Source: an uncultured Clostridia bacterium
GTDB lineage: Bacteria; Bacillota; Clostridia; TANB77; CAG-508
NCBI GenBank assembly: GCA_934167175.1
Contig: CAKPKF010000002.1
Span: 25,787 to 89,786 of the forward strand
Reading direction: 5' to 3'
Length of the DNA: 64,000 nucleotides
Shown: piece after piece, positions 42,458 to 53,505 of the stretch
Numbering within the stretch: position 1 is the stretch's first letter
Layout: each line of letters opens with the position of its first letter
Position numbers and translations under genes: made by a program
Notes under the pieces: model-generated
The model's database searches: none
Told to the model about the DNA's origin: nothing
The model's input: the letters and a program-made list of their open reading frames with translations, nothing else

Positions 42458-43957
42458 ATGAGTGAAAACAAAGAAAATGTTGCAGAAGAACTAGAGATGA
42501 ATCATCTAATGAAAATTAGAAGAGAAAAGTTGGAAGAATTACAAAAAGCAGGAAAAAATCCATTTGAAATAACAAAATATGAAAGAACACATACAAGCAA
42601 ACAAGTAAAAGATAATTATGAAGAATTAGAACAAAAAGACGTTTCTATAGCAGGACGTATAATAGCAAAAAGAATAATGGGAAAAGCATCATTTTGTCAT
42701 ATTCAAGATGGTGATGGAAAAATACAAAGTTATGTAAGTACAAATGATTTAGGAGAAGAAAGTTATAAATTATTTAAAACTTATGATATAGGAGATATTA
42801 TAGGAATAAAGGGATTTGTATTTAAAACAAGAACAGAAGAAATTTCGGTTCATGCAAAAGAGGTAGTGCTTCTTTCAAAGTCATTAAGACCATTGCCAGA
42901 AAAATTCCATGGACTAAAAGATGTAGATTTAAGATATAGACAAAGATATGTAGATTTAATTATGAATCCAGAAGTAAAAGATACATTTGTTTTAAGAAGT
43001 AAGATATTTAAAGAAATAAGAAAATTTATGGATGGACAAGATTATATGGAAGTTGAAACTCCAATGCTTACTACTGTTTCAACAGGAGATGCGGCTAGAC
43101 CATTTATAACACATCATAATACACTTAACCTTCAAATGTATTTAAGAATAGCACCAGAGTTGAATTTAAAAAGATTGATAGTTGGTGGATTTGATAAAGT
43201 ATATGAAATTGGAAAAAACTTTAGAAATGAAGGAATGGATATAAAACATAACCCAGAATTTACAAACATGGAATTTTATGCAGCATATCAAGATTATAAT
43301 GATATGATGAATATAGCAGAACAATTAATATCAACTGTAGCACAAAATACGTTAGGAACTACAACAATTACATATGAAGGAAATGAAATAAATCTAGCTC
43401 CTGGTTGGAAAAAGATAACTATGATAGATGCAATAAAAGAAGTAACAGGAGTTGACTTCAATAAAATTAATACAGATGAAGAAGCTAGAGAGATTGCTAA
43501 AGAAAAGGGTGTTGAATATGAAGAATTAAAAAATACAAGAGGTCATATAATAAATGAATTTTTTGAGACTTTTGTAGAGGAAACATTAAAACAACCAACA
43601 TTTATAATGGATTATCCAGTAGAAATATCACCACTTACAAAAAGAAAAAAAGAGGATCCTAGATTAGTAGAAAGATTTGAATTATTTATTGGAGGAAGAG
43701 AGTACGGAAATGCGTATTCAGAATTAAATGATCCAATAGACCAATATGAAAGATTCTTAAAACAAGTAGAAGCAAAAGAAGCAGGAGATGAAGAAGCAGG
43801 AGGAATGGATGAAGACTTTGTTAATGCACTAGAAATAGGATTACCACCTACAGGAGGTATGGGAATAGGTCTAGATAGACTAATAATGTTATTAACAAAT
43901 TCAGCATCTATAAGAGATGTATTGCTATTTCCAACAATGAAACCATTAGGTGACTAA
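42458..43957 (+). CDS. lysS: Lysine--tRNA ligase (class II).
   Basis: N-terminal OB anticodon-binding domain. Class II motifs (FRNEG, GGMGIGLDRL). Confidence 0.95.
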   Translation: MSENKENVAEELEMNHLMKIRREKLEELQKAGKNPFEITKYERTHTSKQVKDNYEELEQKDVSIAGRIIAKRIMGKASFCHIQDGDGKIQSYVSTNDLGEESYKLFKTYDIGDIIGIKGFVFKTRTEEISVHAKEVVLLSKSLRPLPEKFHGLKDVDLRYRQRYVDLIMNPEVKDTFVLRSKIFKEIRKFMDGQDYMEVETPMLTTVSTGDAARPFITHHNTLNLQMYLRIAPELNLKRLIVGGFDKVYEIGKNFRNEGMDIKHNPEFTNMEFYAAYQDYNDMMNIAEQLISTVAQNTLGTTTITYEGNEINLAPGWKKITMIDAIKEVTGVDFNKINTDEEAREIAKEKGVEYEELKNTRGHIINEFFETFVEETLKQPTFIMDYPVEISPLTKRKKEDPRLVERFELFIGGREYGNAYSELNDPIDQYERFLKQVEAKEAGDEEAGGMDEDFVNALEIGLPPTGGMGIGLDRLIMLLTNSASIRDVLLFPTMKPLGD

Positions 43958-44062
43958 TTAAATAATTTGTTATAAATGGAGTTTTGAAAGATTTGAAGAT
44001 AGAATATGATATATTTTTCAAAAAAAATAGAAGATTAGTATAGTATTGAGATAGAAGAAAAA

Positions 44063-44101
44063 AGTACAAGTGAAGTAGTTAAATAGTCACTTCACTTGTA
44101 C
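44063..44101 (+). terminator. Strong hairpin terminator after lysS.
   Basis: agtacaagtgaagtag ... ctacttcacttgtact perfect stem. Confidence 0.55.
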
Positions 44102-44171
44102 TTAAAATTCATTTATATAAAACTTGAATTTTAAATTAAGCTTTGGTATAATGAATTTGCAAATTGAATAT

Positions 44172-44246
44172 TCGGGTGTGGCCAAGCGGTAAGGCATCTG
44201 GCTCTGACCCAGAGATGCGTAGGTTCGAATCCTACCACCCGAGCCA
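44172..44246 (+). tRNA. tRNA-Gln (anticodon CUG), CCA encoded.
   Basis: Manual fold: acceptor tcgggtg/cacccga, D-arm gccaagcggtaaggc, anticodon stem tctgg/ccaga with loop ctCTGac, T-arm gtagg-ttcgaat-cctac, discriminator g, then CCA. U1-A72 pair typical of tRNA-Gln. Confidence 0.8.
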
Positions 44247-44249
44247 CTA

Positions 44250-44282
44250 ACAGCAATATTTATGGTTGCTGTTTTGTTTTTT
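44250..44282 (+). terminator. Terminator after the tRNA.
   Basis: cagcaa-tatttatggt-tgctg followed by ttttgtttttt. Confidence 0.55.
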
Positions 44283-44332
44283 AAATAAAAAAATTACAAA
44301 ATAAATATTTTATTGTGTAGGTGAATTGAATA

Positions 44333-44959
44333 ATGGAATTTAATGAAAAAATACAAGAACTAAGAAAAAAGAGTGGGTTAACTCAAGAACAACTTGCAGA
44401 AAAATTATTTGTATCAAGAACAGCTATATCAAAATGGGAAAGTGGAAGAGGATATCCAAGCATAGATTCGTTAAAATGTATAGCGAAAATTTTTAATGTT
44501 TCGATAGATGAATTGCTATCAAGTGAAGAAATAATAGATATTGCTAAAGAGGAGAATAACTCTAATATGAGTAAATTCAATAACCTAGTATGTGGGTTAT
44601 TAGATCTAATGAGTATCTTTTTTATATTTTTACCTTTATATGGACAAAGAATAGAAGATAAAATATATTCAGTATCATTAATAAATTGTTATGAAATAAG
44701 TAGTAATATGAAAGTAATATATATTTTTGTATTTTCTCTGATGTTTATAATAGGAATTGCAGAATTAATATTTAATACAATTGAAAACAAAAAAATACAA
44801 ACAAAAGTTAATATTATTTCACTTATTGTACAAATAAATGCTATATTATTTTTTAGTTTAGCAAGACAACCATATGTAACAGCAACTATGTTTATGTTGT
44901 TAATTATAAAAATATCAATAATAATGAAAAATATGTTTCAATCAGAAAAAAGACCGTAA
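44333..44959 (+). CDS. XRE-family HTH transcriptional regulator with a C-terminal multi-TM domain.
   Basis: N-terminal LRKKSGLTQEQLAEKLFVSRTAISKWESG (Cro/C1-type HTH). Three or four C-terminal hydrophobic helices. Confidence 0.7.
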   Translation: MEFNEKIQELRKKSGLTQEQLAEKLFVSRTAISKWESGRGYPSIDSLKCIAKIFNVSIDELLSSEEIIDIAKEENNSNMSKFNNLVCGLLDLMSIFFIFLPLYGQRIEDKIYSVSLINCYEISSNMKVIYIFVFSLMFIIGIAELIFNTIENKKIQTKVNIISLIVQINAILFFSLARQPYVTATMFMLLIIKISIIMKNMFQSEKRP

Positions 44960-45097
44960 ATACCTTGAAATCAATGATGTTACTAAAAGTATCAAATGAA
45001 TTTTCATGATGTGAAAGAAATTCACTTGTGAAATATAAAAAAATATATTAAATTCAAAAAGGTTTCAACAAGGAACCAGAAAGGAATGAAATTTATT

Positions 45098-45745
45098 ATG
45101 AAAAAAAGAAATTTACGTATTAGTGGAGGATTAATATTAATAGCAGTAATTTTTACTATATTAATAAAAGTAGTTGATGTAAAAGCGGTTGGAGTAAATA
45201 ATTCTAATATTGGATTTTCAACAGTGAACAAATTCATTTCTGAAAAAATTGGAGTGAATATGTTATGGTATAGTATTACAGATTGGTTAGGAGTAGTCGC
45301 AATTCTTTTTGCCCTAGGTTATGCTATTATAGGAGGCATTCAGGTAATAAAAAGAAAAAGTATATTTAAGGTTGACAAAGAAATTATAGCATTAGGCATA
45401 TTTTATATACTAATAGTAGCGGTATATATCCTTTTTGAAAAACTAAGTTTGAATTATAGACCAGTATTGATGGATGGGGTAGCAGAAGCATCATATCCAT
45501 CATCACATACATTAATGTCTGTTTGCATTTGTGGAAGTGCTATTTTAATTAATAAAAAATTATTTAACAATAAAATAAGTAAAATTCTAAATGTTTTGTC
45601 ACTTATACTGATTATTGCTATTGTTGTTGGAAGATTAATATCAGGTGTACATTGGTTTACTGACATTATAGGTGGGTTGCTTATTTCAAGTGCTTTATTA
45701 ATGAGTTTTTATACTGCAATAAATGGTGAAAAAACCAATAAATAA
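45098..45745 (+). CDS. PAP2-family (phosphatidic acid phosphatase type 2) membrane phosphatase.
   Basis: PAP2 motifs SYPSSHT and SGVHWFTD. Multi-TM. An alternative start at 45086 has a poorer RBS spacing. Confidence 0.7.
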   Translation: MKKRNLRISGGLILIAVIFTILIKVVDVKAVGVNNSNIGFSTVNKFISEKIGVNMLWYSITDWLGVVAILFALGYAIIGGIQVIKRKSIFKVDKEIIALGIFYILIVAVYILFEKLSLNYRPVLMDGVAEASYPSSHTLMSVCICGSAILINKKLFNNKISKILNVLSLILIIAIVVGRLISGVHWFTDIIGGLLISSALLMSFYTAINGEKTNK

Positions 45746-45827
45746 GTTTATAGTACAACCAACTTCTGTATAGATATCCATAAAGTGGATATAATAACTA
45801 AAAAGTATATATGGAGGTTAGATTTAA

Positions 45828-47092
45828 TGAAAAAATATTTAGCTATAAAAAGTGTAAAAGCTATAGAAATCTTAGATTCAAGGGGAAATCCAACTATACA
45901 AGTAGAAGTAGTTACAGAAGATGGTTCATCAGGTGTAAGTATGGTACCATCTGGAGCATCAACAGGTAGTTTTGAGGCAGTAGAACTTAGAGATGGGGAA
46001 AAAAGATTTTTTGGCAAAGGTGTAAGAAAAGCTGTTGATAATGTAAATGAAAAAATTGCGAATAAAATAATTAATATGAATGTATATGAGCAATTAAAGA
46101 TAGATAAAGAACTAATTAAGCTAGATGGAACAGATAATAAATCAAATTTAGGTGCAAATGCTACATTGGGTGTATCTATAGCAGTAGCAAGAGCAGCAGC
46201 AAAATCACTTAATATTCCATTATATGAATATATAGGTGGAATTAATGCAAAAGAGTTACCATTTCCTATGATGAATATATTAAATGGTGGAAAACATTCT
46301 GATAATAATATTAATATCCAAGAATTTATGATAATACCAGTTATTGCAAAAAATATGAAAGAAGCTGTACAAATTTGTGTAGAGGTATACCATACACTAA
46401 AAAAGGTTTTGAAACAAAAAGGGTATTCAGTTGCAGTAGGAGATGAAGGTGGCTTTGCTCCAAACTTAAAAGATGAAGAAGAAGCTTTGGATTGTATAAT
46501 GGAGGCAATTAAAGAAGCTGGATATAATCCAAGAAAAGAAGTATGTATAGCCTTAGATATAGCTAGTACTGAAATGTATGATTATGCTAAAAACATGGGC
46601 AAAGAGGGGTATTATTTTTGGAAAACCAATGTAATGAAAACTAAAGATGAAATGATAAATTATATAATAGAGCTAACAAATAAATATCCGATTATTTCTG
46701 TTGAAGATGGTTTAGCAGAAGAAGATTGGGAAAGTTGGCAAAAACTTACTAGTTTGATAGGAAATAGAATTCAACTAGTAGGAGATGATTTATTTGTTAC
46801 AAATATAGAAAGATTAAAAAAAGGAATACAAGAGAATGTTGCAAACAGTATTTTAATTAAACCTAATCAAATAGGAACAATAAGCGAAACCTTAGATACT
46901 ATAGAACTAGCAAAGAAAAATGGGTATAAAGTGATTATATCACATAGATCTGGAGAAACAGAAGATACAACTATTGCAGATTTGGCAGTTGCAGTAAATG
47001 CAGGACAAATAAAAACAGGTGCACCATGTAGAAGTGATAGAGTGGCTAAATATAATAGGCTGTTAAATATAGAAAAAGATTTTGAAGAATAA
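45828..47092 (+). CDS. eno: Enolase.
   Basis: Start at the ATG after RBS GGAGG ([23 protein letters not shown]...). The ORF track start at 45785 lacks an RBS. Full-length enolase similarity. Confidence 0.95.
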
Positions 47093-47106
47093 ATTGTAAT
47101 AAAAAA

Positions 47107-47150
47107 TAGAGAAATTGGATTATAGAGTATAGAATCCAATTTCTTTATTT
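47107..47150 (+). terminator. Rho-independent terminator after eno.
   Basis: agaaattggatt...aatccaatttct followed by a T-run. Confidence 0.6.
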
Positions 47151-47375
47151 TTTTATGTAATATTGGAGAAAAAAGTATTAAATAAAAAATACACGATTTA
47201 AATTTTTATGTTTACAGTTGAAAGATTAGAACAAAAAGCAACTATGATGTTATTTATGAAGTAAAAAGAAAACAATATATTAATAAAAAATATGATTATA
47301 AAACAGTTGATATAATTAAATGGGTAATATATAATAAAGTTGTAAAAAATGAAAACATAAGAAAAGGAGGGAAAT

Positions 47376-49505
47376 ATGGAGCAACTTAAGATTAAACAAG
47401 GTAAAGGAATAACACTTATATCATTAATAATAACAATAATAATATTATTAATCTTGGCAGGAGTGACAATTGGTTTAGTGATAGGAGATAATGGGCTAAT
47501 TGCAAAATCAAAATATGGAATAGAAATGTCAGAGATAACAGGTATAAAAGAAAAGGCAGAAATGGTAAAGGCAGAATTGCATGTAAATGAGTTTGGGATA
47601 AATGGTGGCGCAGAAGAAGTAAGAAAATCCATTTTATTAAGAGCATTAAATGAAAATTTTGAAGAAAGTGAATTACAAGATAATAAAGTAGTAACAAAAG
47701 GAGAAAAATACGACATAATAGTGAGAAATAATTTAGAAATTATAGTAGTTAAACATGGAAAAGCTTATTTGGAAGATGGAGAAATAGAAATGATATGTTA
47801 TTATGATGAAGGAAACAGAGAATATTCTGTCAATGTTGATATATACTTGGAAATAGGAGGAGAAAAAACATATGATGAATATGCTAGAGAAATATTAAAT
47901 AAATTAACAGATGACAAACAAAAAGAAGATTTATTTATAGAGTCATATAAATATTATAGATTTGGAACAGAATTACCAGATGAGATAAAGAATATTACAA
48001 CATTTGAACAATTAATGCAATATTCTGCAGAAAATGATGGATTTCCAGAAGGAAGTAATGTACCTAAAACAATAGAAGAATTTAAAAATTTTATGAATAC
48101 AGAGTATAATTTAAATTATGAAAATGTTGACGAAATGTTAATAGCAATGAAATATGTAAAACCGAAAGAATATAAAGAAAGTGCATATGATATAGTAGTT
48201 AGATGTTCTAATGGGGATGAAGTTGTAACTAATTCAAAGAGATTACATGCAAGATTTAATATTGAAGAAAACGGTTCATATACATTTACTACTACGGGAA
48301 AAAACGGAAAAGAAAGTAATATAACGATAAAAATAGATAATATTATAGGAGCAAAACCACAAATGAAGTCATTATCAGTAATAAGGACAAGTCAGGGATT
48401 AAATATAAAAGTTGATGCTGAAAATGCTGCAAGATATCAATTTAAAATAGACGACAGTATGTCACAAGAACAAGATAGTAATGAATACAACTATTATATA
48501 AAATATGAAAATGGAAAAGGAACAAGTTCAACAGTAGATCCATACATTCCAAAAGGGTTTAAACATATAGAAGGTACAGTAGATGAAGGGTATGTTATTA
48601 GTGACTTACCAAAAACATATCAATTAACTATAAAGATGATAAATTCTTCTGGAAGAAATGAAAATACAATAACAAAAGAAATTACGGGTAATGAGTTCGT
48701 ATGGGTACCAGTAGATAATGATGACTCAACTCCATATCCAAGTTTACAAACAAATGGAAGTCTAGAAAATGATGCAGAAAGTGCTGATAGCAAAAGTGTG
48801 CAATATTTTATAAATAGCGTAAATCAAAATGGAGGATTTTATATAGGAAGATATGAAGCAGGAATGCCAGGAGAATTTTCAGGAGACGAACCAAGAAATA
48901 GGACAAGTTATAGAAATTTTGTAGGAGTTCCTTCAAGTAGAAAAAATATAATGCCATGGAATAATATAACTAAAATAAATGCAAAACAAAGTGCTGAATC
49001 AATGTATGATTTAAATAAAGATGAAATACAATCTCAACTCGTAAATATATATGCATGGAATACTGTATTGGACTGGTTCATAAAATCAGAAAGTAAAACT
49101 GAAGATGAAATAAATAATGATAGTAGTGGTTGGGGAAATATGTATAGCAGTTCATATTCATATGAAGGAATGTATATAGAAATAAAAAAATATGATGAAA
49201 ATTCATGGATTGGAAATTGGGATGCCATAAGAAATGGAAAAATTACTAAAAATGGTGAAGATGAATATGCATATGTATTACCTACTGGAGCATTAAACGA
49301 GATGTGTAAAGTCAAGAATATTTATGATATAGCTGGAAACATGGAAGAATTCACAATAAATGGAAATAATAGTAGTGATTGTTCATATGGAAATAAATAT
49401 AATGGAAAAAATTATGTTGGAAGAAAGAGTGTAAAAGAAATGACCTCTTGGGAAAAAGGAACTAAATCTGATGAAATAGGTTTCAGAGTAATATTTTGTA
49501 AATGA
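47376..49505 (+). CDS. Pilin-like N-terminus protein (paralog 3 of 3) with a C-terminal FGE-sulfatase (SUMF1/DUF323)-like domain.
   Basis: RBS AAAGGAGGG. N-terminus MEQLKIKQGKG|ITLISLIITIIILLILAGVTIG. C-terminal GGFYIGRYEAG...WNTVLDWF...GNMEEFT...IGFRVIFCK resembles FGE-sulfatase-domain hallmarks (RYE...GNVWEW...GFRCV). Confidence 0.55.
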   Translation: MEQLKIKQGKGITLISLIITIIILLILAGVTIGLVIGDNGLIAKSKYGIEMSEITGIKEKAEMVKAELHVNEFGINGGAEEVRKSILLRALNENFEESELQDNKVVTKGEKYDIIVRNNLEIIVVKHGKAYLEDGEIEMICYYDEGNREYSVNVDIYLEIGGEKTYDEYAREILNKLTDDKQKEDLFIESYKYYRFGTELPDEIKNITTFEQLMQYSAENDGFPEGSNVPKTIEEFKNFMNTEYNLNYENVDEMLIAMKYVKPKEYKESAYDIVVRCSNGDEVVTNSKRLHARFNIEENGSYTFTTTGKNGKESNITIKIDNIIGAKPQMKSLSVIRTSQGLNIKVDAENAARYQFKIDDSMSQEQDSNEYNYYIKYENGKGTSSTVDPYIPKGFKHIEGTVDEGYVISDLPKTYQLTIKMINSSGRNENTITKEITGNEFVWVPVDNDDSTPYPSLQTNGSLENDAESADSKSVQYFINSVNQNGGFYIGRYEAGMPGEFSGDEPRNRTSYRNFVGVPSSRKNIMPWNNITKINAKQSAESMYDLNKDEIQSQLVNIYAWNTVLDWFIKSESKTEDEINNDSSGWGNMYSSSYSYEGMYIEIKKYDENSWIGNWDAIRNGKITKNGEDEYAYVLPTGALNEMCKVKNIYDIAGNMEEFTINGNNSSDCSYGNKYNGKNYVGRKSVKEMTSWEKGTKSDEIGFRVIFCK

Positions 49506-49518
49506 TTGTAAAAAATAT

Positions 49519-49566
49519 AGAGAAATTCGATTACAAATTTATAACGTAATCGAGTTTCTTGTTTTA
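49519..49566 (+). terminator. Terminator hairpin.
   Basis: gaaattcgattac...gtaatcgagtttc followed by ttgtttt. Confidence 0.45.
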
Positions 49567-49679
49567 GGCTAAAAATCCACCTAGTTATTAATTTAAGAAA
49601 AAGTCTATACAAAAAATACAATTAAGTGATATAATTCAATTGAAAAAACTACACAAAAGTGAAATTGGAGGAAGTTTAA

Positions 49680-52148
49680 GTGGGAAACATAGTTTTATTA
49701 GATGATTTAACAATAAATAAAATAGCAGCAGGTGAAGTTATAGAAAGGCCAGCATCTGTTGTTAAAGAAATGGTAGAAAATTCTATAGATGCTGGAGCAA
49801 GATCTATAACAGTTGAAATAAAAAATGGTGGAATATCATATATTAGAATTTCTGATAATGGAAAGGGAATCCAAAAAGATGATATGGATATTGCTTTTGA
49901 AAGACATGCAACAAGTAAAATAAGACAAGCAGATGATTTAGAAACTGTAAAATCAATGGGGTTTAGAGGAGAAGCTTTAGCGAGTATTGCAGCTATTTCT
50001 AATGTTGAAATGATATCTAAAACAGAAAGTCAAGAAACAGGTTGCAAAATAATAGTAGAAGGCGGAAAAGTGCTAGAAAATACAGAAATAGGTTGTCCAA
50101 CAGGAACAACAATAACTGTAACTAATTTATTCTATAATACACCAGTTAGATATAAGTTCCTAAAAAAAGACTTTACAGAATCAGGATATATAGAAGATGC
50201 TGTAACAAGGTTAGCATTAGTAAACCCTAATATTGCATTTAAATTAATAAATAGTGGAAAAACAATAATACAAACATCAGGAAATGGGGATATTATTGGA
50301 ATAATATATAGTATATATGGAAAAGATGTTGCAAATGGTGTACTAAAAGTAGATTACCAATATGATGACATACATATAAAAGGTGTTGTTGGAAAACCAG
50401 AAATAGCACGTTCAAATAGGTCATATCAAATGTTTTTTGTAAATAAAAGATTTGTTAAAGATAAAACATTATCAAGTGCCACAGAAAAAGCATTTAAAGG
50501 CATGTTACCTATTGGAAGATTTGCATTTCTAGTATTAGATATAGAAATGAAAGAAAAAGATGTAGATGTTAATGTTCATCCAGCAAAGTTAGAAGTTAGA
50601 TTTAAAGAAGAAAGCAAGATATTTAAATCAATATATCATGCAATACAAGATGTTTTATTAAAACAAGAATTAGTACCAAATTCAAAAAAAGAAGAAAATA
50701 ATGAGTCAAATATCGTATCAGAAACAGTTGAAACACCTAAAGTGGAAGACACTACTAATGCTAATAATGGTGGCAATACATTAACTAGCCTGTTTAGAAA
50801 AATAACTAGTATGAATAAAGAACAAAGCGAATTAGATACTTCAGAAGAAAAAAATGCAATACAAGATATATACCAAAATAGAAATATGATAAAAGATGAA
50901 AAAGAATCATATGAAGTAGAAAAAAATAAGCAAGAATTAAAAGATAAGTTTGACATAGAGATTAAAAATAAAATAGAAGAAATGCAAAAAATAATAAATG
51001 AGCAGTTAAGTGGAGCAAGTAACCAGAAAGATAAAAAAGAGGAAACAGTTAAACAGGAGAAAGCAGAACCACAAAGCAATTTGGGTGAAGAAACAGCAGG
51101 AGCAGAAAAAAATAATTTAGAAAAAGATATTTCAGTTGAAAATACAGTAGAAAAAGATGAAAATAATAAGAGTGAAAATGAATTAGAAGAAGTTAAAGAA
51201 AACAAATCTGAAATATCAGAAGCGGACAAAGAAAATTTAAATGAAAAAGTAGAACCAAATAATACTATTAATGAGAATAAACAGGAAGAGGAAAAGAAAG
51301 AAATTAGTAGAGAAAATGCTGAAAACATTGGAAGTATTGATTTAAGCAAAGATTTGACAAAAGTTCAAGAAGGCGTTTTAAACGATATGCTTAAAAAATT
51401 ACAAACAAAAGAAGATTTTACAGAAGAGGAAGTACAAGATTTTGAAGATATGTACGAAAAAACATTTGGTCCTAAAAAGAATGAAGCTAAAGAAGAGGAA
51501 AATGACGCTTTAGACGTAATAAAGGACAATAATATATCAGTATTTGAAAATATAGAAAAATATAATAAACCACAATATAAATTTATAGGAATAGCATTTT
51601 CAACTTATATAATACTGGAATTGGATGGAAAAATATACATAATAGACCAACATGCTGCACATGAAAGAATAATGTATGAGAAGGTTAAAAAGAATTTTTA
51701 TGGAGATGAAGGAAAAGGTTCTCAATTATTAATACTTCCAGATGTAATAACATTGTCTCATAAAGAAATGGATATAGCAAAAGACAATATGCCTTTATTC
51801 AAAAAAGCTGGATTTATGTTAGAAGAATTTGGAGATAATACTATAAAATTAATGGGAGTTCCAAATATATGTATAAATTTAGATACTAAACAATTATTTT
51901 TAGAAACATTGGATGAAATAAATACTGTTGCTAGAACAGCTAAACAAGAAATAGAGGAAAAATTTATAGCAACTATAGCTTGTAAATCAGCAGTAAAAGC
52001 TAATATGGCATTAACACCGATGGAAGTAGATAATTTAATGGAAGAATTATTGAAATTACCAAATCCATTTACATGTCCACATGGAAGGCCTACAGCAATA
52101 ACTATGTCTAAAGTTGATATAGAGAAAAAATTCGCAAGGAGAAAATAA
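49680..52148 (+). CDS. mutL: DNA mismatch repair protein MutL (GTG start). Long Lys/Glu-rich low-complexity linker.
   Basis: N-terminal GHKL ATPase motifs (INKIAAGEVIERPASVVKEMVENSIDAG, DNGKGI). C-terminal dimerisation domain. RBS GGAGG 8 nt before the GTG. Confidence 0.9.
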   Translation: MGNIVLLDDLTINKIAAGEVIERPASVVKEMVENSIDAGARSITVEIKNGGISYIRISDNGKGIQKDDMDIAFERHATSKIRQADDLETVKSMGFRGEALASIAAISNVEMISKTESQETGCKIIVEGGKVLENTEIGCPTGTTITVTNLFYNTPVRYKFLKKDFTESGYIEDAVTRLALVNPNIAFKLINSGKTIIQTSGNGDIIGIIYSIYGKDVANGVLKVDYQYDDIHIKGVVGKPEIARSNRSYQMFFVNKRFVKDKTLSSATEKAFKGMLPIGRFAFLVLDIEMKEKDVDVNVHPAKLEVRFKEESKIFKSIYHAIQDVLLKQELVPNSKKEENNESNIVSETVETPKVEDTTNANNGGNTLTSLFRKITSMNKEQSELDTSEEKNAIQDIYQNRNMIKDEKESYEVEKNKQELKDKFDIEIKNKIEEMQKIINEQLSGASNQKDKKEETVKQEKAEPQSNLGEETAGAEKNNLEKDISVENTVEKDENNKSENELEEVKENKSEISEADKENLNEKVEPNNTINENKQEEEKKEISRENAENIGSIDLSKDLTKVQEGVLNDMLKKLQTKEDFTEEEVQDFEDMYEKTFGPKKNEAKEEENDALDVIKDNNISVFENIEKYNKPQYKFIGIAFSTYIILELDGKIYIIDQHAAHERIMYEKVKKNFYGDEGKGSQLLILPDVITLSHKEMDIAKDNMPLFKKAGFMLEEFGDNTIKLMGVPNICINLDTKQLFLETLDEINTVARTAKQEIEEKFIATIACKSAVKANMALTPMEVDNLMEELLKLPNPFTCPHGRPTAITMSKVDIEKKFARRK

Positions 52149-52149
52149 A

Positions 52150-52566
52150 ATGATATTTATATTTGGAATGATAATATTGGCATTATATGTGGTAGCAATA
52201 ATAAGTGCATATCAAAATATGTTTTCTTTTGACAAAACAAGTAAAATAGTATACTTAATAATAGGCTTTTTAATAATATCAGTAGTAACAGTGATATTAT
52301 CAAAAGTAAATTTACAAACAGATAATAAAGAATTAATAAAAATGATACAACGATCAACTCAAATTATATTTGTTCCATTAAATGCCTTAATAACATTGCC
52401 AGTTATAGCTAATATAATGAGTAAATATAAAGCCAAAGCAATAACTGAAGAAAAGTTAAGAAAGAGAATTTTAATAATAACTGTAATTTATATAATTTTC
52501 TTTATATTTGAGAAAAATTATATAACAAATTTTCAAACAGGTGTATTATCAAATATAAACAGATAA
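52150..52566 (+). CDS. Hypothetical 138-aa membrane protein (four predicted TM).
   Basis: Directly abuts the mutL stop. Hydrophobic throughout. Confidence 0.4.
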   Translation: MIFIFGMIILALYVVAIISAYQNMFSFDKTSKIVYLIIGFLIISVVTVILSKVNLQTDNKELIKMIQRSTQIIFVPLNALITLPVIANIMSKYKAKAITEEKLRKRILIITVIYIIFFIFEKNYITNFQTGVLSNINR

Positions 52567-52581
52567 AAGGAGAAAACTAGA

Positions 52582-53505
52582 ATGGAAAACAAACCAAAGG
52601 TAATAGTTATATGTGGTCCTACTGCATCGGGAAAAACGAGTCTATCTATAGAACTTGCTAAAAAAATAAATGGTGAAATTATATCTAGTGATTCAATGCA
52701 AATTTATAAAGACATGGATATAGGAACTGCTAAACCAACAAAAGAAGAAATGGAAAATATAAAACATTATCTTATAGATTTTGTACCACCAAATGAAAGA
52801 TATAGTGTTGCAAGTTTTAAGCAAGATGCTGAAAATGCAATAGAAGAAATATTGACAAAGGGAAAGGTACCAATAGTAGTTGGAGGGACTGGTCTATATG
52901 TAAATTCATTGATTTATGGAATTGAGTTTAATTCCATAGAAATAGATGAGGAATATAGAAAAGAATTAGACAAAAGAGCTGAAAAAGAAGGTTTGGATAG
53001 CTTATACAATGAGGCAAAGAAAATAGATCCAGAAGCAATAAAAAATATTAGTAAAAATGATAAAAAAAGAATTATTAGAATATTAGAAATATATAAGCAA
53101 ACAGGGAAAACAAAAACAGAACAGGAAATAGAATCAAGAAAAAATGGTGTGAAATATGATTATAAGGTATTTGCTATAAATATGGATAGGGAAGTTCTAT
53201 ATGAAAGAATAAATAAAAGAGTAGATATAATGATAGAACAAGGACTAATACAAGAAGTAGAAAATCTAGTAAAGAAATATAAAGAATTTCCAACAGCTAT
53301 GCAAGGATTAGGATATAAAGAAGTTGTACAATTTATAAATGGTGAATTAACAAAAGAAGAAATGATAGAAAAAATAAAACAGGAGACTAGGCGATATAGT
53401 AAAAGACAAATTACATGGTTTAAAAAGAATAAAGATACTATATGGCTAGATGGGCTAGACACAAAACAAAATAATATAAATATTATTTTGGAGGAGATAA
53501 AGTGA
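52582..53505 (+). CDS. miaA: tRNA dimethylallyltransferase.
   Basis: P-loop GPTASGKT. SMQIYKDMDIGTAKP. Full-length MiaA similarity. Confidence 0.9.
   Translation: MENKPKVIVICGPTASGKTSLSIELAKKINGEIISSDSMQIYKDMDIGTAKPTKEEMENIKHYLIDFVPPNERYSVASFKQDAENAIEEILTKGKVPIVVGGTGLYVNSLIYGIEFNSIEIDEEYRKELDKRAEKEGLDSLYNEAKKIDPEAIKNISKNDKKRIIRILEIYKQTGKTKTEQEIESRKNGVKYDYKVFAINMDREVLYERINKRVDIMIEQGLIQEVENLVKKYKEFPTAMQGLGYKEVVQFINGELTKEEMIEKIKQETRRYSKRQITWFKKNKDTIWLDGLDTKQNNINIILEEIK

Noticed and set aside
45785-45827. Upstream extension of eno ([14 protein letters not shown]...).
   Set aside because: The ATG at 45828 is preceded by GGAGG and gives the canonical enolase N-terminus MKKYL...ILDSRGNPT.
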